A program made the position numbers and the translations under genes. Below the pieces are notes generated by a model. That model was not told the origin of the DNA. It ran no database searches and saw nothing but the letters and a program-made list of their open reading frames with translations. A stretch of 64,000 nucleotides of DNA from Auanema rhodensis (lineage: Eukaryota; Animalia; Nematoda). Shown in pieces: positions 10,301 to 23,870 of this stretch; positions within the stretch are counted from its first letter, which is position 1, and each line of letters starts with the position of its first letter. Location: contig OZ059899.1 of NCBI GenBank assembly GCA_964057225.1, positions 806,001 through 870,000 on the forward strand. The letters run 5' to 3'.

Positions 10301-13300
10301 TAGATGTTTTTAGATTCCGTTTTTCAAGGCAAAGACGATGGACAATGTTATTCAACGAAAAAAATAATTTTTCAGGGTGAAAATCGAGGATATAAGTGTG
10401 AACTTATATCAGTTGATATCTCGGTGCTTTTTTAAGCTAGCGCAAATCTGATAACACAGATCGACGCAGCTCAAAAATCCGCATCGAATGCACTATACTA
10501 CATTGAGAAACGCTTAATACAAAAATTAGTTATGATCGTTTGAAAAATGATGCATTAGTGTATGTTGAGTTTCCATGTACACTCAACATTGCTTCCAAAA
10601 ACATTTTGACAAAAATTTTTTCGAAAAATTTCAAAATAATTTAGCAAAAAGTAGATGTTTTTAGATTCCGTTTTTCAAGGCAAAGACGATGGACAATGTT
10701 ATTCAACGAAAAAAATAATTTTTCAGGGTGAAAATCGAGGATATAAGTGTGAACTTATATCAGTTGATATCTCGGTGCTTTTTTAAGCTAGCGCAAATCT
10801 GATAACACAGATCGACGCAGCTCAAAAATCCGCATCGAATGCACTATACTACATTGAGAAACGCTTAATACAAAAATTAGTTATGATTGTTTGAAAAATG
10901 ATGCATTAGTGTATGTTGAGTTTCCATGTACACTCAACATTGCTTCCAAAAACATTTTGACAAAAATTTTTTCGAAAAATTTCAAAATAATTTAGCAAAA
11001 AGTAGATGTTTTTAGATTCCGTTTTTCAAGGCAAAGACGATGGACAATGTTATTCAACGAAAAAAATAATTTTTCAGGGTGAAAATCGAGGATATAAGTG
11101 TGAACTTATATCAGTTGATATCTCGGTGCTTTTTTAAGCTAGCGCAAATCTGATAACACAGATCGACGCAGCTCAAAAATCCGCATCGAATGCACTATAC
11201 TACATTGAGAAACGCTTAATACAAAAATTAGTTATGATCGTTTGAAAAATGATGCATTAGTGTATGTTGAGTTTCCATGTACACTCAACATTGCTTCCAA
11301 AAACATTTTGACAAAAATTTTTTCGAAAAATTTCAAAATAATTTAGCAAAAAGTAGATGTTTTTAGATTCCGTTTTTCAAGGCAAAGACGATGGACAATG
11401 TTATTCAACGAAAAAAATAATTTTTCAGGGTGAAAATCGAGGATATAAGTGTGAACTTATATCAGTTGATATCTCGGTGCTTTTTTAAGCTAGCGCAAAT
11501 CTGATAACACAGATCGACGCAGCTCAAAAATCCGCATCGAATGCACTATACTACATTGAGAAACGCTTAATACAAAAATTAGTTATGATTGTTTGAAAAA
11601 TGATGCATTAGTGTATGTTGAGTTTCCATGTACACTCAACATTGCTTCCAAAAACATTTTGACAAAAATTTTTTCGAAAAATTTCAAGATAATTTAGCAA
11701 AAAGTAGATGTTTTTAGATTCCGTTTTTCAAGGCAAAGACGATGGACAATGTTATTCAACGAAAAAATTAATTCTTCAGGGTGAAAATCGAGGATATAAG
11801 TGTGAACTTATATCAGTTGATATCTCGGTGCATTTTCAAGCTAGCGCAAATCTGATAACACAGATCGACGCAGCTCAAAAATCCGCATCGAATGCACTAT
11901 ACTACATTAAGAAACGCTTAATACAAAAATTAGTTATGATCGTTTGAAAAATGATGCATTAGTGTATGTTGAGTTTCCATGTACACTCAACATTGCTTCC
12001 AAAAACATTTTGACAAAAATTTTTTCGAAAAATTTCAAAATAATTTAGCGAAAAGTAGATGTTTTTAGATTCCGTTTTTCAAGGCAAAGACGATGGACAA
12101 TGTTATTCTTCGAAAAAATTAATTCTTCAGGGTGAAAATCGAGGATATAAGTGTGAACTTATATCAGTTGATATCTCGGTGCATTTTCAAGCTAGCGCAA
12201 ATCTGATAACACAGATCGACGCAGCTCAAAAATCCGCATCGAATGCACTATACTACATTGAAAAACGCTTAATACAAAAATTAGTTATGATCGTTTGAAA
12301 AATGATGCATTAGTGTATGTTGAGTTTCCATGTACACTCAACATTGCTTCCAAAAACATTTTGACAAAAATTTTTTCGAAAAATTTCAAAATAATTTAGC
12401 GAAAAGTAGATGTTTTTAGATTCCGTTTTTCAAGGCAAAGACGATGGACAATGTTATTCAACGAAAAAATTAATTCTTCAGGGTGAAAATCGAGGATATA
12501 AGTGTGAACTTATATCAGTTGATATCTCGGTGCATTTTCAAGCTAGCGCAAATCTGATAACACAGATCGACGCAGCTCAAAAATCCGCATCGAATGCACT
12601 ATACTACATTAAGAAACGCTTAATACAAAAATTAGTTATGATCGTTTGAAAAATGATGCATTAGTGTATGTTGAGTTTCCATGTACACTCAACATTGCTT
12701 CCAAAAACATTTTGACAAAAATTTTTTCGAAAAATTTCAAGATAATTTAGCGAAAAGTAGATGTTTTTAGATTCCGTTTTTCAAGGCAAAGACGATGGAC
12801 AATGTTATTCAACGAAAAAATTAATTCTTCAGGGTGAAAATCGAGGATATAAGTGTGAACTTATATCAGTTGATATCTCGGTGCATTTTCAAGCTAGCGC
12901 AAATCTGATAACACAGATCGACGCAGCTCAAAAATCCGCATCGAATGCACTATACTACATTGAGAAACGCTTAATACAAAAATTAGTTATGATCGTTTGA
13001 AAAATGATGCATTAGTGTATGTTGAGTTTCCATGTACACTCAACATTGCTTCCAAAAACATTTTGACAAAAATTTTTTCGAAAAATTTCAAGATAATTTA
13101 GCGAAAAGTAGATGTTTTTAGATTCCGTTTTTCAAGGCAAAGACGATGGACAATGTTATTCAACGAAAAAATTAATTCTTCAGGGTGAAAATCGAGGATA
13201 TAAGTGTGAACTTATATCAGTTGATATCTCGGTGCATTTTCAAGCTAGCGCAAATCTGATAACACAGATCGACGCAGCTCAAAAATCCGCATCGAATGCA

Positions 13301-15796
13301 CTATACTACATTAAGAAACGCTTAATACAAAAATTAGTTATGATCGTTTGAAAAATGATGCATTAGTGTATGTTGAGTTTCCATGTACACTCAACATTGC
13401 TTCCAAAAACATTTTGACAAAAATTTTTTCGAAAAATTTCAAAATAATTTAGCAAAAAGTAGATGTTTTTAGATTCCGTTTTTCAAGGCAAAGACGATGG
13501 ACAATGTTATTCAACGAAAAAAATAATTCTTCAGGGTTAAAATCGAGGATATAAGTGTGAACTTATATCAGTTGATATCTCGGTGCTTTTTTAAGCTAGC
13601 GCAAATCTGATAACACAGATCGACGCAGCTCAAAAATCCGCATCGAATGCACTATACTACATTGAGAAACGCTTAATACAAAAATTAGTTATGATTGTTT
13701 GAAAAATGATGCATTAGTGTATGTTGAGTTTCCATGTACACTCAACATTGCTTCCAAAAACATTTTGACAAAAATTTTTTCGAAAAATTTCAAGATAATT
13801 TAGCGAAAAGTAGATGTTTTTAGATTCCGTTTTTCAAGGCAAAGACGATGGACAATGTTATTCAACGAAAAAATTAATTCTTCAGGGTGAAAATCGAGGA
13901 TATAAGTGTGAACTTATATCAGTTGATATCTCGGTGCATTTTCAAGCTAGCGCAAATCTGATAACACAGATCGACGCAGCTCAAAAATCCGCATCGAATG
14001 CACTATACTACATTGAGAAACGCTTAATACAAAAATTAGTTATGATCGTTTGAAAAATGATGCATTAGTGTATGTTGAGTTTCCATGTACACTCAACATT
14101 GCTTCCAAAAACATTTTGACAAAAATTTTTTCGAAAAATTTCAAGATAATTTAGCGAAAAGTAGATGTTTTTAGATTCCGTTTTTCAAGGCAAAGACGAT
14201 GGACAATGTTATTCAACGAAAAAATTAATTCTTCAGGGTGAAAATCGAGGATATAAGTGTGAACTTATATCAGTTGATATCTCGGTGCATTTTCAAGCTA
14301 GCGCAAATCTGATAACACAGATCGACGCAGCTCAAAAATCCGCATCGAATGCACTATACTACATTAAGAAACGCTTAATACAAAAATTAGTTATGATCGT
14401 TTGAAAAATGATGCATTAGTGTATGTTGAGTTTCCATGTACACTCAACATTGCTTCCAAAAACATTTTGACAAAAATTTTTTCGAAAAATTTCAAAATAA
14501 TTTAGCGAAAAGTAGATGTTTTTAGATTCCGTTTTTCAAGGCAAAGACGATGGACAATGTTATTCAACGAAAAAAATAATTCTTCAGGGTGAAAATCGAG
14601 GATATAAGTGTGAACTTATATCAGTTGATATCTCGGTGCATTTTTAAGCTAGCGCAAATCTGATAACACAGATCGACGTAGCTTAAAAATCCGCATCGAA
14701 TGCACTATACTACATTGAGAAACGCTTAATACAAAAATTAGTTATGATCGTTTGAAAAATGATGCATTAGTGTATGTTGAGTTTCCATGTACACTCAACA
14801 TTGCTTCCAAAAACATTTTGACAAAAATTTTTTCGAAAAATTTCAAGATAATTTAGCGAAAAGTAGATGTTTTTAGATTCCGTTTTTCAAGGCAAAGACG
14901 ATGGACAATGTTATTCAACGAAAAAATTAATTCTTCAGGGTGAAAATCGAGGATATAAGTGTGAACTTATATCAGTTGATATCTCGGTGCATTTTCAAGC
15001 TAGCGCAAATCTGATAACACAGATCGACGCAGCTCAAAAATCCGCATCGAATGCACTATACTACATTAAGAAACGCTTAATACAAAAATTAGTTATGATC
15101 GTTTGAAAAATGATGCATTAGTGTATGTTGAGTTTCCATGTACACTCAACATTGCTTCCAAAAACATTTTGACAAAAATTTTTTTCGAAAAATTTCAAAA
15201 TAATTTAGCGAAAAGTAGATGTTTTTAGATTCCGTTTTTCAAGGCAAAGACGATGGACAATGTTATTCATCGAAAAAATTAATTCTTCAGGGTGAAAATC
15301 GAGGATATAAGTGTGAACTTATATCAGTTGATATCTCGGTGCATTTTCAAGCTAGCGCAAATCTGATAACACAGATCGACGCAGCTCAAAAATCCGCATC
15401 GAATGCACTATACTACATTGAGAAACGCTTAATACAAAAATTAGTTATGATTGTTTGAAAAATGATGCATTAGTGTATGTTGAGTTTCCATGTACACTCA
15501 ACATTGCTTCCAAAAACATTTTGACAAAAATTTTTTCGAAAAATTTCAAAATAATTTAGCGAAAAGTAGATGTTTTTAGATTCCGTTTTTCAAGGCAAAG
15601 ACGATGGACAATGTTATTCAACGAAAAAATTAATTTTTCAGGGTGAAAATCGAGGATATAAGTGTGAACTTATATCAGTTGATATCTCGGTGCTTTTTTA
15701 AGCTAGCGCAAATCTGATAACACAGATCGACGCAGCTCAAAAATCCGCATCGAATGCACTATACTACATTGAGAAACGCTTAATACAAAAATTAGT
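7372..15796 (+). repeat. Large HOR copy 1 (24 monomers, 8425 bp)
   Basis: The rare variant atacgaaa lies at 9117 and 17542 (8425 apart). ccgcattga, tcttcg, gggttaaa and T7 markers recur in the same order. Confidence 0.9.
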
Positions 15797-18700
15797 TATG
15801 ATCGTTTGAAAAATGATGCATTAGTGTATGTTGAGTTTCCATGTACACTCAACATTGCTTCCAAAAACATTTTGACAAAAATTTTTTCGAAAAATTTCAA
15901 GATAATTTAGCGAAAAGTAGATGTTTTTAGATTCCGTTTTTCAAGGCAAAGACGATGGACAATGTTATTCAACGAAAAAATTAATTCTTCAGGGTGAAAA
16001 TCGAAGATATAAGTGTGAACTTATATCAGTTGATATCTCGGTGCATTTTCAAGCTAGCGCAAATCTGATAACACAGATCGACGCAGCTCAAAAATCCGCA
16101 TCGAATGCACTATACTACATTAAGAAACGCTTAATACAAAAATTAGTTATGATCGTTTGAAAAATGATGCATTAGTGTATGTTGAGTTTCCATGTACACT
16201 CAACATTGCTTCCAAAAACATTTTGACAAAAATTTTTTCGAAAAATTTCAAAATAATTTAGCGAAAAGTAGATGTTTTTAGATTCCGTTTTTCAAGGCAA
16301 AGACGATGGACAATGTTATTCAACGAAAAAAATAATTCTTCAGGGTGAAAATCGAGGATATAAGTGTGAACTTATATCAGTTGATATCTCGGTGCATTTT
16401 TAAGCTAGCGCAAATCTGATAACACAGATCGACGTAGCTTAAAAATCCGCATTGAATGCACTATACTACATTGAGAAACGCTTAATACAAAAATTAGTTA
16501 TGATCGTTTGAAAAATGATGCATTAGTGTATGTTGAGTTTCCATGTACACTCAACATTGCTTCCAAAAACATTTTGACAAAAATTTTTTCGAAAAATTTC
16601 AAAATAATTTAGCGAAAAGTAGATGTTTTTAGATTCCGTTTTTCAAGGCAAAGACGATGGACAATGTTATTCAACGAAAAAAATAATTCTTCAGGGTGAA
16701 AATCGAGGATATAAGTGTGAACTTATATCAGTTGATATCTCGGTGCATTTTTAAGCTAGCGCAAATCTGATAACACAGATCGACGTAGCTTAAAAATCCG
16801 CATCGAATGCACTATACTACATTGAGAAACGCTTAATACAAAAATTAGTTATGATCGTTTGAAAAATGATGCATTAGTGTATGTTGAGTTTCCATGTACA
16901 CTCAACATTGCTTCCAAAAACATTTTGACAAAAATTTTTTCGAAAAATTTCAAGATAATTTAGCAAAAAGTAGATGTTTTTAGATTCCGTTTTTCAAGGC
17001 AAAGACGATGGACAATGTTATTCAACGAAAAATTTAATTCTTCAGGGTGAAAATCGAGGATATAAGTGTGAACTTATATCAGTTGATATCTCGGTGCATT
17101 TTCAAGCTAGCGCAAATCTGATAACACAGATCGACGCAGCTCAAAAATCCGCATCGAATGCACTATACTACATTGAGAAACGCTTAATACAAAAATTAGT
17201 TATGATCGTTTGAAAAATGATGCATTAGTGTATGTTGAGTTTCCATGTACACTCAACATTGCTTCCAAAAACATTTTGACAAAAATTTTTTCGAAAAATT
17301 TCAAGATAATTTAGCGAAAAGTAGATGTTTTTAGATTCCGTTTTTCAAGGCAAAGACGATGGACAATGTTATTCAACGAAAAAATTAATTCTTCAGGGTG
17401 AAAATCGAAGATATAAGTGTGAACTTATATCAGTTGATATCTCGGTGCATTTTCAAGCTAGCGCAAATCTGATAACACAGATCGACGCAGCTCAAAAATC
17501 CGCATCGAATGCACTATACTACATTAAGAAACGCTTAATACGAAAATTAGTTATGATCGTTTGAAAAATGATGCATTAGTGTATGTTGAGTTTCCATGTA
17601 CACTCAACATTGCTTCCAAAAACATTTTGACAAAAATTTTTTCGAAAAATTTCAAGATAATTTAGCGAAAAGTAGATGTTTTTAGATTCCGTTTTTCAAG
17701 GCAAAGACGATGGACAATGTTATTCAACGAAAAAAATAATTCTTCAGGGTGAAAATCGAGGATATAAGTGTGAACTTATATCAGTTGATATCTCGGTGCA
17801 TTTTTAAGCTAGCGCAAATCTGATAACACAGATCGACGTAGCTTAAAAATCCGCATCGAATGCACTATACTACATTGAGAAACGCTTAATACAAAAATTA
17901 GTTATGATCGTTTGAAAAATGATGCATTAGTGTATGTTGAGTTTCCATGTACACTCAACATTGCTTCCAAAAACATTTTGACAAAAATTTTTTCGAAAAA
18001 TTTCAAGATAATTTAGCAAAAAGTAGATGTTTTTAGATTCCGTTTTTCAAGGCAAAGACGATGGACAATGTTATTCAACGAAAAATTTAATTCTTCAGGG
18101 TGAAAATCGAGGATATAAGTGTGAACTTATATCAGTTGATATCTCGGTGCATTTTCAAGCTAGCGCAAATCTGATAACACAGATCGACGCAGCTCAAAAA
18201 TCCGCATCGAATGCACTATACTACATTAAGAAACGCTTAATACAAAAATTAGTTATGATCGTTTGAAAAATGATGCATTAGTGTATGTTGAGTTTCCATG
18301 TACACTCAACATTGCTTCCAAAAACATTTTGACAAAAATTTTTTCGAAAAATTTCAAAATAATTTAGCGAAAAGTAGATGTTTTTAGATTCCGTTTTTCA
18401 AGGCAAAGACGATGGACAATGTTATTCATCGAAAAAATTAATTCTTCAGGGTGAAAATCGAGGATATAAGTGTGAACTTATATCAGTTGATATCTCGGTG
18501 CATTTTCAAGCTAGCGCAAATCTGATAACACAGATCGACGCAGCTCAAAAATCCGCATCGAATGCACTATACTACATTGAGAAACGCTTAATACAAAAAT
18601 TAGTTATGATCGTTTGAAAAATGATGCATTAGTGTATGTTGAGTTTCCATGTACACTCAACATTGCTTCCAAAAACATTTTGACAAAAATTTTTTCGAAA

Positions 18701-21700
18701 AATTTCAAAATAATTTAGCAAAAAGTAGATGTTTTTAGATTCCGTTTTTCAAGGCAAAGACGATGGACAATGTTATTCAACGAAAAAAATAATTTTTCAG
18801 GGTGAAAATCGAGGATATAAGTGTGAACTTATATCAGTTGATATCTCGGTGCTTTTTTAAGCTAGCGCAAATCTGATAACACAGATCGACGCAGCTCAAA
18901 AATCCGCATCGAATGCACTATACTACATTGAGAAACGCTTAATACAAAAATTAGTTATGATCGTTTGAAAAATGATGCATTAGTGTATGTTGAGTTTCCA
19001 TGTACACTCAACATTGCTTCCAAAAACATTTTGACAAAAATTTTTTCGAAAAATTTCAAAATAATTTAGCAAAAAGTAGATGTTTTTAGATTCCGTTTTT
19101 CAAGGCAAAGACGATGGACAATGTTATTCAACGAAAAAAATAATTTTTCAGGGTGAAAATCGAGGATATAAGTGTGAACTTATATCAGTTGATATCTCGG
19201 TGCTTTTTTAAGCTAGCGCAAATCTGATAACACAGATCGACGCAGCTCAAAAATCCGCATCGAATGCACTATACTACATTGAGAAACGCTTAATACAAAA
19301 ATTAGTTATGATTGTTTGAAAAATGATGCATTAGTGTATGTTGAGTTTCCATGTACACTCAACATTGCTTCCAAAAACATTTTGACAAAAATTTTTTCGA
19401 AAAATTTCAAAATAATTTAGCAAAAAGTAGATGTTTTTAGATTCCGTTTTTCAAGGCAAAGACGATGGACAATGTTATTCAACGAAAAAAATAATTTTTC
19501 AGGGTGAAAATCGAGGATATAAGTGTGAACTTATATCAGTTGATATCTCGGTGCTTTTTTAAGCTAGCGCAAATCTGATAACACAGATCGACGCAGCTCA
19601 AAAATCCGCATCGAATGCACTATACTACATTGAGAAACGCTTAATACAAAAATTAGTTATGATCGTTTGAAAAATGATGCATTAGTGTATGTTGAGTTTC
19701 CATGTACACTCAACATTGCTTCCAAAAACATTTTGACAAAAATTTTTTCGAAAAATTTCAAAATAATTTAGCAAAAAGTAGATGTTTTTAGATTCCGTTT
19801 TTCAAGGCAAAGACGATGGACAATGTTATTCAACGAAAAAAATAATTTTTCAGGGTGAAAATCGAGGATATAAGTGTGAACTTATATCAGTTGATATCTC
19901 GGTGCTTTTTTAAGCTAGCGCAAATCTGATAACACAGATCGACGCAGCTCAAAAATCCGCATCGAATGCACTATACTACATTGAGAAACGCTTAATACAA
20001 AAATTAGTTATGATTGTTTGAAAAATGATGCATTAGTGTATGTTGAGTTTCCATGTACACTCAACATTGCTTCCAAAAACATTTTGACAAAAATTTTTTC
20101 GAAAAATTTCAAGATAATTTAGCAAAAAGTAGATGTTTTTAGATTCCGTTTTTCAAGGCAAAGACGATGGACAATGTTATTCAACGAAAAAATTAATTCT
20201 TCAGGGTGAAAATCGAGGATATAAGTGTGAACTTATATCAGTTGATATCTCGGTGCATTTTCAAGCTAGCGCAAATCTGATAACACAGATCGACGCAGCT
20301 CAAAAATCCGCATCGAATGCACTATACTACATTAAGAAACGCTTAATACAAAAATTAGTTATGATCGTTTGAAAAATGATGCATTAGTGTATGTTGAGTT
20401 TCCATGTACACTCAACATTGCTTCCAAAAACATTTTGACAAAAATTTTTTCGAAAAATTTCAAAATAATTTAGCGAAAAGTAGATGTTTTTAGATTCCGT
20501 TTTTCAAGGCAAAGACGATGGACAATGTTATTCTTCGAAAAAATTAATTCTTCAGGGTGAAAATCGAGGATATAAGTGTGAACTTATATCAGTTGATATC
20601 TCGGTGCATTTTCAAGCTAGCGCAAATCTGATAACACAGATCGACGCAGCTCAAAAATCCGCATCGAATGCACTATACTACATTGAAAAACGCTTAATAC
20701 AAAAATTAGTTATGATCGTTTGAAAAATGATGCATTAGTGTATGTTGAGTTTCCATGTACACTCAACATTGCTTCCAAAAACATTTTGACAAAAATTTTT
20801 TCGAAAAATTTCAAAATAATTTAGCGAAAAGTAGATGTTTTTAGATTCCGTTTTTCAAGGCAAAGACGATGGACAATGTTATTCAACGAAAAAATTAATT
20901 CTTCAGGGTGAAAATCGAGGATATAAGTGTGAACTTATATCAGTTGATATCTCGGTGCATTTTCAAGCTAGCGCAAATCTGATAACACAGATCGACGCAG
21001 CTCAAAAATCCGCATCGAATGCACTATACTACATTAAGAAACGCTTAATACAAAAATTAGTTATGATCGTTTGAAAAATGATGCATTAGTGTATGTTGAG
21101 TTTCCATGTACACTCAACATTGCTTCCAAAAACATTTTGACAAAAATTTTTTCGAAAAATTTCAAGATAATTTAGCGAAAAGTAGATGTTTTTAGATTCC
21201 GTTTTTCAAGGCAAAGACGATGGACAATGTTATTCAACGAAAAAATTAATTCTTCAGGGTGAAAATCGAGGATATAAGTGTGAACTTATATCAGTTGATA
21301 TCTCGGTGCATTTTCAAGCTAGCGCAAATCTGATAACACAGATCGACGCAGCTCAAAAATCCGCATCGAATGCACTATACTACATTGAGAAACGCTTAAT
21401 ACAAAAATTAGTTATGATCGTTTGAAAAATGATGCATTAGTGTATGTTGAGTTTCCATGTACACTCAACATTGCTTCCAAAAACATTTTGACAAAAATTT
21501 TTTCGAAAAATTTCAAGATAATTTAGCGAAAAGTAGATGTTTTTAGATTCCGTTTTTCAAGGCAAAGACGATGGACAATGTTATTCAACGAAAAAATTAA
21601 TTCTTCAGGGTGAAAATCGAGGATATAAGTGTGAACTTATATCAGTTGATATCTCGGTGCATTTTCAAGCTAGCGCAAATCTGATAACACAGATCGACGC

Positions 21701-23870
21701 AGCTCAAAAATCCGCATCGAATGCACTATACTACATTAAGAAACGCTTAATACAAAAATTAGTTATGATCGTTTGAAAAATGATGCATTAGTGTATGTTG
21801 AGTTTCCATGTACACTCAACATTGCTTCCAAAAACATTTTGACAAAAATTTTTTCGAAAAATTTCAAAATAATTTAGCAAAAAGTAGATGTTTTTAGATT
21901 CCGTTTTTCAAGGCAAAGACGATGGACAATGTTATTCAACGAAAAAAATAATTCTTCAGGGTTAAAATCGAGGATATAAGTGTGAACTTATATCAGTTGA
22001 TATCTCGGTGCTTTTTTAAGCTAGCGCAAATCTGATAACACAGATCGACGCAGCTCAAAAATCCGCATCGAATGCACTATACTACATTGAGAAACGCTTA
22101 ATACAAAAATTAGTTATGATTGTTTGAAAAATGATGCATTAGTGTATGTTGAGTTTCCATGTACACTCAACATTGCTTCCAAAAACATTTTGACAAAAAT
22201 TTTTTCGAAAAATTTCAAGATAATTTAGCGAAAAGTAGATGTTTTTAGATTCCGTTTTTCAAGGCAAAGACGATGGACAATGTTATTCAACGAAAAAATT
22301 AATTCTTCAGGGTGAAAATCGAGGATATAAGTGTGAACTTATATCAGTTGATATCTCGGTGCATTTTCAAGCTAGCGCAAATCTGATAACACAGATCGAC
22401 GCAGCTCAAAAATCCGCATCGAATGCACTATACTACATTGAGAAACGCTTAATACAAAAATTAGTTATGATCGTTTGAAAAATGATGCATTAGTGTATGT
22501 TGAGTTTCCATGTACACTCAACATTGCTTCCAAAAACATTTTGACAAAAATTTTTTCGAAAAATTTCAAGATAATTTAGCGAAAAGTAGATGTTTTTAGA
22601 TTCCGTTTTTCAAGGCAAAGACGATGGACAATGTTATTCAACGAAAAAATTAATTCTTCAGGGTGAAAATCGAGGATATAAGTGTGAACTTATATCAGTT
22701 GATATCTCGGTGCATTTTCAAGCTAGCGCAAATCTGATAACACAGATCGACGCAGCTCAAAAATCCGCATCGAATGCACTATACTACATTAAGAAACGCT
22801 TAATACAAAAATTAGTTATGATCGTTTGAAAAATGATGCATTAGTGTATGTTGAGTTTCCATGTACACTCAACATTGCTTCCAAAAACATTTTGACAAAA
22901 ATTTTTTCGAAAAATTTCAAAATAATTTAGCGAAAAGTAGATGTTTTTAGATTCCGTTTTTCAAGGCAAAGACGATGGACAATGTTATTCAACGAAAAAA
23001 ATAATTCTTCAGGGTGAAAATCGAGGATATAAGTGTGAACTTATATCAGTTGATATCTCGGTGCATTTTTAAGCTAGCGCAAATCTGATAACACAGATCG
23101 ACGTAGCTTAAAAATCCGCATCGAATGCACTATACTACATTGAGAAACGCTTAATACAAAAATTAGTTATGATCGTTTGAAAAATGATGCATTAGTGTAT
23201 GTTGAGTTTCCATGTACACTCAACATTGCTTCCAAAAACATTTTGACAAAAATTTTTTCGAAAAATTTCAAGATAATTTAGCGAAAAGTAGATGTTTTTA
23301 GATTCCGTTTTTCAAGGCAAAGACGATGGACAATGTTATTCAACGAAAAAATTAATTCTTCAGGGTGAAAATCGAGGATATAAGTGTGAACTTATATCAG
23401 TTGATATCTCGGTGCATTTTCAAGCTAGCGCAAATCTGATAACACAGATCGACGCAGCTCAAAAATCCGCATCGAATGCACTATACTACATTAAGAAACG
23501 CTTAATACAAAAATTAGTTATGATCGTTTGAAAAATGATGCATTAGTGTATGTTGAGTTTCCATGTACACTCAACATTGCTTCCAAAAACATTTTGACAA
23601 AAATTTTTTTCGAAAAATTTCAAAATAATTTAGCGAAAAGTAGATGTTTTTAGATTCCGTTTTTCAAGGCAAAGACGATGGACAATGTTATTCATCGAAA
23701 AAATTAATTCTTCAGGGTGAAAATCGAGGATATAAGTGTGAACTTATATCAGTTGATATCTCGGTGCATTTTCAAGCTAGCGCAAATCTGATAACACAGA
23801 TCGACGCAGCTCAAAAATCCGCATCGAATGCACTATACTACATTGAGAAACGCTTAATACAAAAATTAGT
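15797..23870 (+). repeat. Large HOR copy 2 (23 monomers, 8074 bp)
   Basis: atacgaaa lies at 17542 and 25616 (8074 apart). This copy lacks the equivalent of the last monomer of copy 1. Confidence 0.9.
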
